Shown: in pieces, positions 9,987 to 23,099 of the stretch | How positions within the stretch are numbered: the first letter of the stretch is position 1 | How the letters are laid out: every line of letters starts with the position of its first letter | Assembly: GCA_030390025.1 (NCBI GenBank) | Contig: JASTWF010000342.1 | Span: forward strand, 248,001 to 312,000 | Direction: 5' to 3' | Source of the DNA: Squalus acanthias | Taxonomy: Eukaryota | Length of the DNA stretch: 64,000 bases | Translations under genes and position numbers: made by a program | Notes under the pieces: generated by a model | Seen by the model: only the letters and a program-made list of their open reading frames with translations | Told to the model about the DNA's origin: nothing | Databases searched by the model: none

Positions 9987-12900
9987 ATGAAGATAACCAT
10001 AGCCAGCCTCAACATCAACGGCAGCAGGGAGGCGCGCCGTAGATTCAATAACTTCTCGGTCCTTCGGGACGGGAAATATGCGGTGTGCTTCCTGCAAGAA
10101 ACCCACACCGTTCCGGGAGACGAGGCCACGTGGCTCCTGGAGTGGCAAGGAGGGGTCAGCATGAGTCACCTCTCCAACAATTCCTGCGGGGTGGCTGTCT
10201 TGCTGGCCCCGCATTTTCAGCCGGAGATCTTGAGGGTCAAGGAGCACGTGCCGGGCCGCTTGCTCCAGGTCACTGTTCGCCTGGGAGGCGTGCCGCTCCA
10301 TTTAGTGAACGTGTACGCCCCCCGGACCGGTGCGCAGCAAGTGCGCTTCTTCGGAGAAGTGTCCGCTCTTCTGGGCTCCATCGACGTGGGCGAGTGCGTC
10401 ATCCTCGGGGGGGATTTCAATTGTACCCTCGAGGCGCGGGACCGGTCGGGTCCCCCGCGAAGCCCGGCGGCGATGGAGAAGTTGCGGGACCTGGTCGGGT
10501 CCTTCGACTTGGTGGATGTCTGGCGAAATCTCCATCCCGACTCCAGCGCCTTCACGAGCGTGAGGTCTGGAGGAGGAAGGTCCAGAATCGACCGCCTTTA
10601 CATTTCCCGGGCGTACGTCTCCTGCGTTCCGGCGGCTTCCATGCGGCCGGTGCCGTGCACGGACCACCACCTGGTGTGGGCGGAGCTCGCTCCGCTGCGC
10701 GCGCGGGGGGGGGTCCGCGTACTGGCATTTTAACAACCTGCTGCTGGAGGACGCGCGGTTCCGGGATTCGTTTCGCCGGTTCTGGGCCGACTGGAGAAGG
10801 AAGCGGGGAGGCTTCCCCTCCTTGAGGCTATGGTGGGACGTGGGCAAGGCTCACGTCCGCGTCTTCTGTCAGGAGTACGCGAAGGGGTCGACCAAGAGGC
10901 GGGAGGCCCGGGTCGGGCGATTGGAGAAAGAAGTGCTCGACCTGGAGTCCCGTCTCGGTCAGGTCGTCGAGGACCCGGCCCTGCGGAAGGTGTACGAAGA
11001 GAAGAAGGGCGCGCTGAAGGACCTGCAGCTGGTCGGGTCCCGAGGCGCGTACGTGAGGTCGCGGATCCAGTTCCTGCGGGACCTGGACCGCGGCTCCCCC
11101 TTCTTCTACTCGCTGGAAAAAAGACGGGGGGTCCGTAAGCAGCTCTTGGGGCTGCTGGCCGACGACGGATCTCTGGTCTCGGATCCGGAGGGCATCAGCG
11201 CGGAGGCCCGGGCCTATTACGGGGCTCTGTTCTCTTCGGATCCGTCCAGCGAGGATGCGCGCAGAGTCTTGTGGGAGGACCTGCCGAAGGTCGGCCCGGA
11301 GGGCGCCGAGAATTTAGAAGCTCCGCTAAGCCTGGCGGAGCTGACCGGCGCCCTGCGCCAGCTCTCGAGGGGCAAGTCCCCGGGGCTGGACGGGCTGACC
11401 GTGGAGTTCCACAGGGCGTTCTGGGACGTCTTGGGGGACGACTACGCGCGGGTCCTGGGGGAAAGTCTGGCGACCGGGGAGATGCCCCTCTCTTGGCGCA
11501 GGGCGGTCATCGTCCTGCTGCCCAAGAAGGGCGATCTCCGCCTACTTAAGAACTGGCGCCCGGTCTCCCTCCTCAGCACGGACTACAAAATTTTCGCCAG
11601 GGCTATGTCTGCTCGCCTTGGCACCGTGCTGGCCCGCATGATCCACCCCGACCAGTCCTATACGGTCCCGGGCCGGAGTATCCACGATAACATCCATCTG
11701 GTCCGGGACCTGGTCCACCATTCCCAGAGGGCTGGTCTGTCGGTCGCCTTCCTTTCCCTGGATCAGGAGAAGGCGTTCGACAGGGTGGATCACGAGTATC
11801 TTTTCGGGACTCTGCGCGCGTTCGGGTTCGGGACGCATTTCGTCGCCCGGATCCGACTTCTGTACGCCGCCGCGGAGTGTCTGATTAAAGTTAACGGGTC
11901 TTTGACGGCGCCCCTTCGCTTCGGGAGGGGGGTGCGTCAGGGATGCCCCATGTCCGGTCAGTTATACGCCGTTTGCGTGGAGCCTTTCCTGCGCCTCTTG
12001 CGGAAGAGGTTGACGGGACTGGCTCTGCAAGGGCCGGGCGTGGAGGTGGTCCTCTCGGCTTACGCCGATGACGTGCTCCTCGCGGTCACGGATCCCGTCG
12101 ACTTGCGGAGGATGCGAGAATGCCAGCAGATTTACTCGGACGCATCCTCCGCCAAGATCAACTGGGAGAAATGTTCTGGACTCCTGGTGGGCCCATGGCG
12201 GGTGGACTCCCTGCCGGAGGAGTTCGGGCCTTTCGCCTGGAGCACCACGCACCTCCTCTACCTGGGAGTCTACCTCAGCCCGGCCGAGGACGCCTGGCCG
12301 GCGAACTGGCAAGAGCTGGAGGCCAAAGTCACCGCTCGCCTAGGACGCTGGACAGGACTGCTCCGAGTGTTGTCCTACAGGGGTCGAGCGCTGGTCATAA
12401 ACCAGCTGGTGGCCGCCATGTTGTGGTACCGGTTGATCACTTTGATCCCTCCCCCTGCGTTTGTCGCCAAGATGCAGAAGAAGCTCGTCGACTTCTTCTG
12501 GGACAAAAGGAAGCACTGGGTCTCTGCCGCGGTTTTGAGTCTCCCGCTTAGGGAGGGCGGTCAGGCGCTGGTGTGCCTTCGCACCCAGGCGGCGAATTTC
12601 CGTCTTCAGACGCTGCAGAGATACCTGTACGTGGAGAATCCTCCTAGGTGGCGTGCGCTGGCGACGTATTTCTTCCGCCAGCTGCACGGCCTCAATTACG
12701 ACACGCAGCTCCTGTTTGTGAGAGTGGGTGGCACGCGTGCCAGCCTGCGGGAGCTGCCTGTCTTCTACCAGGAACTGCTATGGGTTTGGAACAGCGTCGC
12801 CTCCGAGCGCAGTTCTCCCCCGTCAGGAGCGGCGGCCGTCCTTCGGGAGCCGCTGTTCAGGAATCCGCACCTCCACGACCGCGGGTTCGGCTGGCTGGCG

Positions 12901-13887
12901 GAGGGCAGGGCTGTGCCCGGTAAGGTGACCAGAGTCGGGGACCTGCTCGATGGCGGAGGAGCGGGCTGGATGGCGCCGGAGGAGTTGGCGAGGCGCATGT
13001 CTTGGGTCAACGTCCGGCTCGCGGTCAAAGCCATCGAGTCGCTAAAAGTGGCACTGGGCCCCGTCTCCACTAGGTGTGTCGAGGAGGCTCAAGCACGTGG
13101 GGCGATCCCGTCCGAACTGACCCCCGTTCGGACGGAATTCCTTATCGGCGCCCGGCCCCGAATCCTCCCTCGGGAGCCGCCGCCTCACCACTTGAGCCTT
13201 CTCGGAGAAATGCCCTCCGTGCCCTTTCAATCCGCACGGAGGCGTTTCCTGTACGGGCTGCTCCTGCACACTCTCCACTTTGCCATCTTCGTCTGCCGTC
13301 CGGACACGCCTTGGCGTACCATCCTGCCGTCCGGCGGAGGCGAAGGTCCCCATTGGAAGGCTCTCTACGCGGGAGTCTTCCCTTGTTCTATTGGGGACTT
13401 GGCCTGGAGGGTGTTGCACGGAGCAGTCCCGTGCAATAGGATTTTAAGTAGGTTTACGGACTCCCAGGCTGCTTGTCATTTCTGCGGCCTAGAGGAGTCC
13501 GTCTATCACATTTATATTGAGTGTGAGAGGTTGCAGCCCCTCTTTCATTATTTGAAGGGGCTGCTCCTCAATTTCTGGTTGCACTTCAGCCCCACGCTCC
13601 TGATCTACGGTCACCCGGTGCGGAGGGGAGCGGGTAGGTCGGAGGACCTCCTCGTAGGACTGCTCCTGGGCCTGGCCAAGAAAGCCATTAATTGGTCCAG
13701 GCAGCGGGCGGTCGAGGGGGTCGTTCGGCCCGATTGCCTGCCTCTCTTCCGCGGCCATGTTCGCGCCCGGGTGGCCCTGGAGATGGAGCACGCGGTGTCC
13801 GCCGGCACGCTTGAGTTTTTCCGCGACCGGTGGGCGCCGCGGGGACTGGAGTGCATCGTCACCCCGGACTTTCAAATTTTAATTTGA
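9987..13887 (+). pseudogene. Tx1 ORF2 copy 2, +1 frameshift in a G homopolymer
   Basis: G9 at 10705-10713 versus G8 in copy 1 splits the ORF into 9969-10733 and 10822-13887; could be a sequencing error. Confidence 0.85.
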
Positions 13888-13991
13888 TTTATTAAGTTTC
13901 ATTTAAAGTTTTAATTGATTTACAGTAAATTTGTGTTTGTCCAACCAAAAAGATCAACACCAGGTTATAGTCCAACAGTTTTATTTGAAAT

Positions 13992-14026
13992 TACGAGCTT
14001 TCGGAGTTCTGCTCCTTCTTCAGGTA
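13992..14026 (-). ncRNA. Minimal type I hammerhead ribozyme motif in Penelope pLTR
   Basis: Minus strand UAC-CUGAAGA-AGGAGCAGAACUCC-GAAA-GCUC-GUA: conserved core with palindromic AGCU stem III. Confidence 0.75.
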
Positions 14027-14152
14027 CAGTGAGGGAATACAAATCGATTACACTGTATATATATGATGCGGAGATGCCGGTGTTGGACTGGGGTGGACAA
14101 AAATAATAAGTCGCACAACACCAGGTTATAGTCCAACAGATTTATTTAAAAT

Positions 14153-14188
14153 TACATGCTTTCAGAGCTGTCGCCCCTTCGTCAGGTA
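14153..14188 (-). ncRNA. Degenerate hammerhead motif in the inner Penelope pLTR
   Basis: CUGACGA...GAAA retained but stem II and stem III mutated. Confidence 0.5.
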
Positions 14189-14416
14189 AAGGTGCAATGA
14201 AGGAATCTACAATATTACACAGTATATAAACACAGAAACTGCAGAGATACAATCTTTCAGGGAAGCATTACTTCAAAGACACACCAGAGCACAGCCAAGA
14301 CAATGAGATGGATTACAGGGGGTCCAACGTGTCAAATCCTGCTGTCTGCAGTTGAGCTTTTAACTTTTTTTTTTGTGTTTTTTTTAAAAACTGGAAAGAC
14401 AGACAACGATGTCGAG

Positions 14417-16930
14417 TCACGTTCTGTAGTGTGACATGAACCCGATATCCCTATTGAGGCCGTCCTCATGGGTGCGGAACTTGGCTATCAGTTTCTGCTC
14501 GATGATTTTGCGTTGTCGTGTGTCTCGAAGGCCGCCTTGGAGAACGCTAACCTGCAGTTCCGAGGCTGAATGTCCTTGACTGCTGAAGTGTTCCCCGACT
14601 GGGAGGTAACAATCCTGCCTGGCGATTGTTGCGCGGTGTCCGTTCATACGTTGTCTCAGTGTCTGCATGGTCTCGCCGATGTACCATGCTCTGGGGCATC
14701 CTTTCCTGCAACGTATCAGGTAGACAACGTTGGACGAGTCACATGAGTATGTACCATGTACCTGGTGGGTAGTGTCCTCACGTGTGATGACGGTATCTGT
14801 GTTGATGATCTGGCATGTCTTGCAGAGGTTGCCGTGGCAGGGTTGTGTGGTGTCGTGGTCGCTGTTCTCCTGACAGCTGGGTAATTTGCTGCGAACGATG
14901 GTACTTTTGAGGTTAGGCGGCTGCTTGAAGGTGAGTAGTGGAGGCATGGGGATGGCCTTAGCAAGGTGTTCGTCATCATCGATGACATGTTGAAGGCTGC
15001 GAAGAACATGGCGTAGTTTCTCCGCTCCGGGGAAGTACTGGATGACGTAGGGTACTCTGTTGGTTGTGTCCCGTGTTCGCCTTCTGAGGAGGTCTTTGCG
15101 GTTTTTCGCTGTGGCCCATCGGAACTGTTGATCGACGAGTCGAGCGTCATATCCCATTCTTACAAGGGCGTCTTTCAATGTCCGTAGGTGTCCATCACGT
15201 TCCTCCTCGTCTGAGCAGATCATGTGTATTCGCAGGGCTTGTCCATAGGGGATGGCTTCTTTAACGTGGTTAGGGTGGAAGCTGGAGAAGTGGAGCATCG
15301 TGAGGTTGTCCGTGGGCTTGCGGTAGAGTGAAGTGCTGAGGCGTCTGTCTTTGATGGAGATTCGTGTGTCCAATAATGAAACCGATTCTGAGGAGTAGTC
15401 CATGGTGAGTTTGATGGTGGGATGGAACCTGTTGATGTTCTCGTGTAGTCCTTTCAGTGATCCTTCGCCGTGGGTCCAAAGGAAGAAGATGTTGTCGATG
15501 TATCTGGTGTACAGCGTTGGTTGGAGGTCCTCTGCAGCGAAGAAGTCTTGCTCGAACTTGTGCATGAAGATGTTGGCGTATTGGGGTGCGAATTTGGTCC
15601 CCATGGCTGTTCCGTGTGTTTGGGTAAAAAACTGGTTGTCGAAGGTGAAGACATTGTGGTCAAGGATGAAGCGGATGAGTTGTAGGATGGCGTCTGGAGA
15701 TTGGCTGTTGTTGGTGTTGAGTACTGAGGCTGTCGCAGCGATGCCGTCATCGTGGGGGATATTGGTGTAGAGTGCCGCTACGTCCATCGTGGCGAGGAGT
15801 GTTCCTGGTTCAACTGGTCCGTGGGTGCTGAGTTTCTGCAAGAAGTCTGTTGTTTCGTGACAGAAGCTGGGTGTTTCCTGTACGATGGGTTTTAGGATGC
15901 CCTCGACGTACCCAGAGAGGTTCTCACACAGGGTTCCATTGCCTGATATGATAGGACGTCCGGGTGTGTTGGCTTTGTGTATCTTTGGGAGGCAGTAAAA
16001 GTCTCCTACACGGGGAGTACGTGGGATGAGAGCGCGTAGGATGTTTTGAAGGTCTGGATCGAAGGTCTTGATCAGTCTATTGAGTTGGCGGGTGTGTTCT
16101 TTGGTCGGATCTGCGGGTAGCTGTCTGTAGTGTTCCTGGTTGTCCAGTTGTCGGTATGCTTCTTTGCAATAGTCCATTCTGTTCTGTATGACGATGGCTC
16201 ATCCTTTGTCCGCTGGTTTGATGACGATGTTGCGGTTGGTCTTGAGAGCGTGGATGGCGTTGCATTGTGCTTGGGTGACATTCTGGACTGTCTTGTGAGT
16301 GCAGCTGATGAATCTGGCGTTGATGCATTTCCTGACAGCTTGAGCATACATGTCAAGCTTAGGGCAGCGACCCTCCGGAGGGGTCCAATTTGACTCTTTC
16401 TTCTTCGGTTGCTGCACTGTGGTTCCCTCTGTCTGCTGTTCCGTATCATTGATTGTCTCATTGGGTTTGTTGCTGACATCTTGGGATTTGTGGTAGTATT
16501 CCCGGATCCTCATTCTCCTGATGAATTCCTCTGTGTCTGCCGCGAGACCGATGGGGTCCATTTTGGTGGTGGGGCAGAACTTGAGCCCTAGGGCGAGAAC
16601 TTCGATTTCATCTGGTTGAAGGGTGTGGTCTGACAGGTTGACGATGGACTTCCCTGTGGTTGCAACCGTGGTACCAGGGGAGGCTTGGTTGCTGCTGGTG
16701 ATGATGCCGAGTTTCTCAAGCTTCCTGTTCTAGATGCGTATGTAGGAAGCATAGTTCCGTTGCCTCGTCTGTTTGGCGGTGTCTCGTAGCTGGTCTGCTG
16801 TATCCTGAGCACAGGCTGAGAGCATGGACTCTATCTTGGTTTCGAGGTTGCGGCGTCTGCTGTAGAGCTGGTGTACAAGATGGTTGAGGAGTGTGCGAGC
16901 GGTACGACGGCAAAGTCTCTCAGCAGAACG
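14417..16930 (-). pseudogene. Penelope RT/GIY-YIG endonuclease polyprotein, 5'-truncated and frameshifted
   Basis: IKPADKG, YCLPKIHK, GRPIISG, GTAMGTKFAP, RYIDNIF (catalytic DD changed to DN), LYRKPT, VVYLIRC...WYIGET; breaks near 16190 and 16590. Confidence 0.92.
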
Positions 16931-16932
16931 GC

Positions 16933-17423
16933 AAAGTACCATCGTTCGCAGCAAATTACCCAGCTGTCAGGAGAACAGCGACCACGACACCACACAACCC
17001 TGCCACGGCAACCTCTGCAAGACATGCCAGATCATCAACACAGATACCATCACCACACGTGAGGACACTACCCACCAGGTACATGGTACATACTCATGTG
17101 ACTTGGCCAACGTTGTCTACCTGATACGTTGCAGGAAAGAATGCACCGTGGCATGGTACATCGGCGAGACCATGCAGGCACTGAGACAACGTATGAACGG
17201 ACACTGCGCAACAATCGCCAGGCAGGATTGTTACCTCCCAGTCGGGGAACACTTCAGCAGTCAAGGACATTCAGCCTCGGATCTGCGGGTTAGCGTTCTC
17301 CAAGGCGGCCTTCGAGACACACGACAACGCAAAATCATCGAGCAGAAACTGATAGCCAAGTTCTACACCCATGAGGACGGCTTCAACCGGGATCTCGGGT
17401 TCATGTCACGCTACAGAACGTGA
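16933..17423 (+). pseudogene. Inverted copy of the Penelope GIY-YIG domain
   Basis: STIVRSKLP...CHGNLCKTC...VVYLIRC...WYIGET...GFMSRYRT mirrors the C-terminus of 14417-16177. Confidence 0.9.
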
Positions 17424-17642
17424 CTCGACATCGTTGTCTGGGTTTCCAGTTTTTAAAAAAAAGTTAAAAGCTTAACTGCAGACTGCAGCATTTGACACGT
17501 TGGACCCCCTGTGACCCACCTCATTGTCTTAGCTGTACTCTGCTGTGTCTTTGATGTAATGCCTCCCTGACGGATTGTATCTCTGCGGACACATTGTTCT
17601 CTGTCTATATATACTGTGTAATCGATTTGTATTCCCTCACTG

Positions 17643-17677
17643 TACCTGAAGAAGGAGCAGAGCTCCGAAAGCTCATA
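17643..17677 (+). ncRNA. Minimal type I hammerhead ribozyme motif in Penelope pLTR
   Basis: TAC-CTGAAGA-AGGAGCAGAGCTCC-GAAA-GCTC-ATA; one stem I mismatch. Confidence 0.7.
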
Positions 17678-20159
17678 ATTTCAAATAAAACTGTTGGACT
17701 ATAACCTGGTGTTGTGTGACTTCTTAACTTAGGATAGACAGGGAATGAAACAGGGGGCTCTGCTGGTCTTTGTGGCTTGTTGAGTCATTGGGGGAACCAC
17801 AATGCATCTGCTCATGTGATATATAAATACAGCCTGTGGTGACATTCTTTCAATATTTTCCAACTGAGACAAAACAGGTCTCTACTTGCTGCGTTCCAAC
17901 TTTAATGAGAATCTAGATGTGAATTTAAATGTATACTCCTGCTAAATTGAAGATAGGCTGGACAAGGGGCAAAGTCAACATTTGGGCACGTTTCTTAAAC
18001 TCCATCTGGGAAAACTGTTCAAATGGACTTCTGTTACTGTTTAATAACGTCCACCTAAAGTACATTGAAATAGCTTTGATTCAGTTTACAATCTTAATGC
18101 TGTTTGAAAAGGGAAATGTTTGACATGTGCCAGTGCGGTTGTCATCATCTGTCAAGTGCAAGTTAGTCAATATTACAGGATTGTGGAATCCTATAAGTCC
18201 AACCCTGATAAAATCACTTTCCTCTTTTGTCCATCTTTTAAAATACCCCAAGCTATTATTTTCATGCAATTTCATTTCTAATAAATTGCTTTATTTCTAA
18301 ATTGCATTTTGAAACTCTCGTCACTCTATAACCTGTAAAATTGGTTTCCGCCAATCTGTATTTTAATTGCATCCACAAGAATCCATCTACTATTGGTAAA
18401 AATATGGAGCATAGCAATAGCATGTGATCACAGATACTTGTCATCAAATGTACATAGACATTACACAAGAAAGGAACTTATTATTTTGCGAACACAGTCC
18501 AGTGGTAAAGTAACCTTATCAAATCCTGTTATGCCACAGGCCTTAGAGAGTATATTAAAGGAACATAAGAATGAAAAGCAATGCCGGTGTCCAACTTAAT
18601 GAATGCCTTAAATAGAAAAGGCACCATGTTCAGAGATTAACACATTTTGTAATTATACTTCAATTTCTCCAGTGTATTCATTAAGAGTGTGAATTGAGGA
18701 CTTAACACAGAAAGACTATTAGATGCGGTCATTCGTACTTTTAGAGGTGACTGTGGAGCAATCCTATCCAGCGTGACTTCATGTAAGACATAAGTTGATT
18801 ACCATAGTTTTATATACATCAGATACAGATTAATATACTGTATTGTCAAAGGTAATAAGGAACAGGCTAACCATTTGCTTGTGATATTTCTTGCACAATA
18901 TGCAGAAAAGAACCATTTACAGACTGTTACATTAAAGAGTTGATAGCTTATGTTAAGTTGAATTTAAAATGGTTTAAAAATTGAAACTTAGATTAGAATT
19001 AAGCTCAGAAATGTTGCTGAGCAAAGACTGTTCTTTTGGAGATGGCAGTCCAAGTTTAATTTTCAGCGCAGGGCTATTAAACCCAGTAATTAGACAGACA
19101 GCCATTTCACCCCTTATCCATTTATGACATTACTTTGAATTTGAAGTATTTCTATGATTATCACTGATGGAGGGATGAACGTTCAGCCAAATTTATAGAC
19201 TGTCATGATCCAAATTAGCTGTTTTAGGATTCTTCCATAAATTTGGCTCCAGACTGTCTCCACTATTTTTATTTTTTAAAGCTATTTAAAAATACATTCT
19301 TTCCTTTTTACATTGTTGCATCACACACTGCGTCCCAGCAGAAAGGGCAGACACATCTCTGCCAATGCCACCCTGTAGGTGGCTATCGGAAGGTGCATGA
19401 AAACAGCACAGGGTGACTTATATTTTCCTTCCCTCCCTGTGAGAAGCAGCTGGCCCCTGCTCTGCACCTCCCTGATCACACAGCTGAGATCAGGAACTGA
19501 CTGTGTGGGGATAACAGGTGTGAACCTATGTTCTAACACTTTGTAGCACAGCATGTTAGATTCGACCATGCTGTGCCTCAGCTCCATCTGCGCCTATCTC
19601 CTTATAAAGAACGGTGTACACGTGCATCATGGGATAAAATCTTTCTCTGTTCATAGTATGGTGTTTCAATGTGTCCATTATTTGGTATGCTATTTTTCCT
19701 CTTTGACTTGATAATTTTTTCTTTCACTTAGAACAGGGGATGAACAAAAATGTGCCTATTTAGTAATATTTCAATTAAACAAAATCCGACATAAATGTGC
19801 ATAAATTACTTAACACAAAGAAAAAAACTAGGAGAAAATCTTGTTTTCAAAATAATTGCTAAGAACTTGTCACATTTAATTATTATCCTCAGCAAATAAA
19901 TTAATAAAATTAAAAAACGTAAATATAATTTTAATATATACTGACTTCCTGTGGTGTTGGTCATGGATTGGGGGTTTAAAGCGTAGTTATGATTTTAACT
20001 GCTAAGATGGAGTGTTTAACCAAGTCTGCACCTTTAAAGCAACTGCTCAGGTGCTCCCCCTGGAAAAATGGTCTAAATAGACACATCTTGAGGTCAATTG
20101 AGGCTGTTGTGGTGAGGAGTTTCTGTCGATTGGCAGCTACTTGTAAATATGCATATTCC

Positions 20160-20630
20160 GCAGCACTGAAATGGCCTTAACCAAAGGTACTAACATAATT
20201 TTCTGTGACTGTGGTCATGATGCATTATCCCTCTTAGTCCCTCTTGGCCATTCCGTAACCATTGACATAGTCGACCACACCATTCTGCTCCAATGCTTCT
20301 GCTTTGTTCTCCAGCTTGGTGGGACTGCTCTCGCTTGGTCCCGCTCTTACCTGACCAATGATTGCCAGAGCATCTCCAGTAATGGCTTCTCTTCCAATCC
20401 CTGCACCATCACCTCAAGAGTCCCCTAAGAATCCATTCTTGTCCCCCTCCTCTTCCTCATCTACATGCTACCCCTTAGCAGCATCACCTGTAGACATGGG
20501 GTCAGCTTTTATTTGTACGCTGATGGCACCCACCTCTACCTCTCCATACCTTCTCAAATCCTCCCCTGCCTCTGTGCTGTCAGAGAGCTTGTCCGATATC
20601 CAGTCTTGGATGAGTTGCAATTTCTTTTAG
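20160..20630 (+). mobile_element. Decayed L2-type LINE RT fragment
   Basis: DIVDHTILLQ, GTALAWSRSYL, MLPL...YADGTHLYL remnants across frames. Confidence 0.75.
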
Positions 20631-20715
20631 CCCTCACAGTGGAAGAATGCTTGCAATGGATAACTGCCCCCACCCAAGCCCCCAGAAATAAACACACTCT
20701 CCTTTTCAAAATAAC

Positions 20716-20900
20716 AACAGAAAACGCTGGAAAAACTCAGCAGGCCAGGCAGCATCCGTGGAGAGAGAAACAGAGTAAACGTTTCAGGTCGAAGACCCTT
20801 CGTCAGAACTGGAAAAAAGCAGGAAATGAAATAGATTTGAAGCAAGTATAATGCTGGGAAAAGGGGGAGGGGATGAAAGAACAAAGGGGAAGGTCAGTGG
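20716..20900 (-). mobile_element. Terminal fragment of a second Penelope family, with hammerhead motif at ~20776-20812
   Basis: Minus strand CUGACGA-AGGGUCUUCGACCU-GAAA-CGUU; tail related to 57625-57762. Confidence 0.7.
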
Positions 20901-21522
20901 TAGCACTATATCCCACTCCCTGAGACCAAGGGTGGTAATGTTAGAGTGAAAAATGAAGAGATCGAAGCACAGCTTTCACGTAAAAGCATTCTTATCATGG
21001 AATGTCTACAGATACATGGGTGAAATTAAATATTGGCAGGGATTGTTCCCGGTGCTGAGTGTGCAGGTTTGGGGGGTGGGTCGCCAGTTAAAATCGCGGA
21101 AATTGACAGCGCGTTGGGAACCCGCCGTCATCCCGCTGACTTCTACATTTAACTCGGGTGCGTTTGAAGGCGCACCACGAACCCGCTCGGGAGAGGCGGG
21201 CGACCTCATTCAAGAACTTAAATGCTTCTTGAGAGACCCTTAAGAGGGTTTTTAACAGCAGCTTTTGGCCTTTACTTCAGGAGCACAGGATTCACACACC
21301 TCGGGAACCTCGCCTGTGAAGGGGAGGCGGAGGCTCAGTGGCCAGTGTGCGAGTTCATTAATTGAGAGCTGGGAAAAACACATAAATGCTCCCACATTGC
21401 CCCTGATTACTTAGCTAATGGAAAGGCTCTTGGTGACTCCATTTTGTGCAGAGATTTAGCTGTCAGCAGTTTGCAGGTCATTTCTGCAACCTCGGAAGCC
21501 ACTCTCACCACATTACATCAGC

Positions 21523-22730
21523 ATGGGTGCTGCTTATGCTGTCTCACCTTGGACCTCAGAATCGGACCAAGATGAGCCTCAGCACCAACGGCACCAGCCA
21601 CAACACCAGCAGCAGCCACAACACCAGCAGCAGCAACCACAGCAGCAACCTTCACCGCAACGACCTGATGCTGCACAGGAGAGAGGGGATCAGCACAGGG
21701 GTGCACCGCGCCGGAGGTGATACCCCCAGCACAGTGTATACAGGCAGAAGATGAGCTTCCTCGACATGACTGAGCAGCAGTGCTTCAGGAGGCTCAGGCT
21801 ATCATGCCAGGTCATCGCAGACATTTTTAGTTTGCTGGAACAAGAGCTGCTGCCCAGACGACCTGGTGGACATGCCTTACCAGTGGCTGTCAAAGTCACC
21901 ACTGCCTTCAACTTCTTCCGCTCAGGCTTCTTCCAGGGATCTGCAGCAGACATTTGCAGGATGTCGCAGTTGGCCGTCCACAGGTGCGTCACCCAGGTGA
22001 CTGATGCCATGTTTCACAAGTCAGCCAATTATGTGAACTTTGCCACTGATGAAGCCAGTTTTACTGAGCGGGCGCTCAGCTTTGCGGCTCTGGCTGGTTT
22101 CCCACAGGTGCAGGGCATCATCAACTGCACACATGTGGGCATCAAGCCACCCCCACATCACCCAGGAGTGTGAGCTGCTCACACTTCCTCAATGTGCAGT
22201 TCGTCTGCAACCATAAAAAGATAATCATGCATGTGTACGCCAGATTCCCTGGCAGTTTTCATGACTCTCTCATGTTGTGCCAGTCCACCCTCCCTCAGCA
22301 CTTCGCACTTTCAAACAGACTTACTGGTTACTGCTTGGAGACGAGGGCTATCCACTGAAGACATGCTCATGACACCCATGAGGAGGCCAAGTACTGAGGC
22401 CATATGTCCACCAGATGGGTCATAGAGCAAGCAATAGGCATGCTGAAGATGTGCTTCAGATGCCTTGACAGATCTACAGGAGCCCTACAATACGCACCAG
22501 CCAGGGTCTCCAGAATCATCGTTGTTTGCTGTGCGCTGCACAACATAGCGCAGCAGCGAGGATTGGAGCTGCAGGAGGAGCAAGGCACAGTGCACACAGC
22601 CTCTTCAGAGGAGGAGGAGGAGGAACAGGTGGAAGACGAGGAGGAGGACGAACCTGAGGTGGGGATGGCACCAGCAGGGGCACACATTGCTACCTGAGAT
22701 GCCCGGGATGGCCTCATAATGACCAGATTT
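21523..22730 (+). pseudogene. PIF/Harbinger (HARBI1-like) DDE transposase remnant with Gln-rich N-terminus
   Basis: [74 protein letters not shown] and acidic tail; several frameshifts. Confidence 0.9.
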
Positions 22731-23099
22731 ACTTATCTTGCTCCAATGCACTCATATGGCTACCACATGCTGTACTAAGTTCCACCCCTCCCCCAACAAC
22801 ACCACAAAGTAGTCCTACAATGACTAATTCATTGCTCTCACCCAAACCCCATTGCTTGAGGTTCAGTAATGTCTCACCATTCACTCCAAGTGACAAAGCC
22901 ACTTCCCAGGTAGCAGGCAAAAATGGACAAGACCGGAAAGTGGTGCACAGAAATAAATTTATCTGTGTAAAAATAACTGAAACTTATCACTCACATTTGT
23001 TCTTACACCCATGTGCATACCCTTGTGCAGCTAGGATTGTGTCTTTTTACTTTTCCGAGTGCTTCTACGAGATGCACCCCCTGTGGCTTCAGCAGAGGT

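Larger units (their letters stand above)
6811..13954 (+). mobile_element. Tx1-clade non-LTR retrotransposon, copy 2, apparently full length (5' boundary between 6787 and 6858)
   Basis: Near-identical to copy 1 from 7173 onward; ~1-kb 5' UTR; same 3' terminus CCAAAAAGAT. Confidence 0.95.
13955..17730. mobile_element. Penelope-like element complex: partial tandem pLTR, minus-strand body, inverted plus-strand 3' copy
   Basis: RT plus GIY-YIG ORF on minus; pLTRs at 13955-14063 (-), 14064-14416 (-) and 17424-17730 (+); 16933-17730 is the inverse of ~14110-14907. Confidence 0.93.

Noticed and set aside
528..13875. Many long antisense and alternate-frame ORFs over the Tx1 copies
   Set aside because: Expected shadows of very GC-rich coding sequence; no motifs and no independent support
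1..13954. Tandem Tx1 pair as an assembly artefact or simple segmental duplication
   Set aside because: The copies differ by in-frame indels and block substitutions, and the spacer differs from the downstream target
19330..19590. Possible ancient tRNA-derived SINE remnant
   Set aside because: Too degenerate to assign by eye
21581..21660. CAG/CAA-rich polyglutamine tract as a host gene exon
   Set aside because: It lies in the N-terminus of a decayed Harbinger transposase
21523..22730. Domesticated HARBI1 gene
   Set aside because: Multiple frameshifts, and several related decayed copies in the same window
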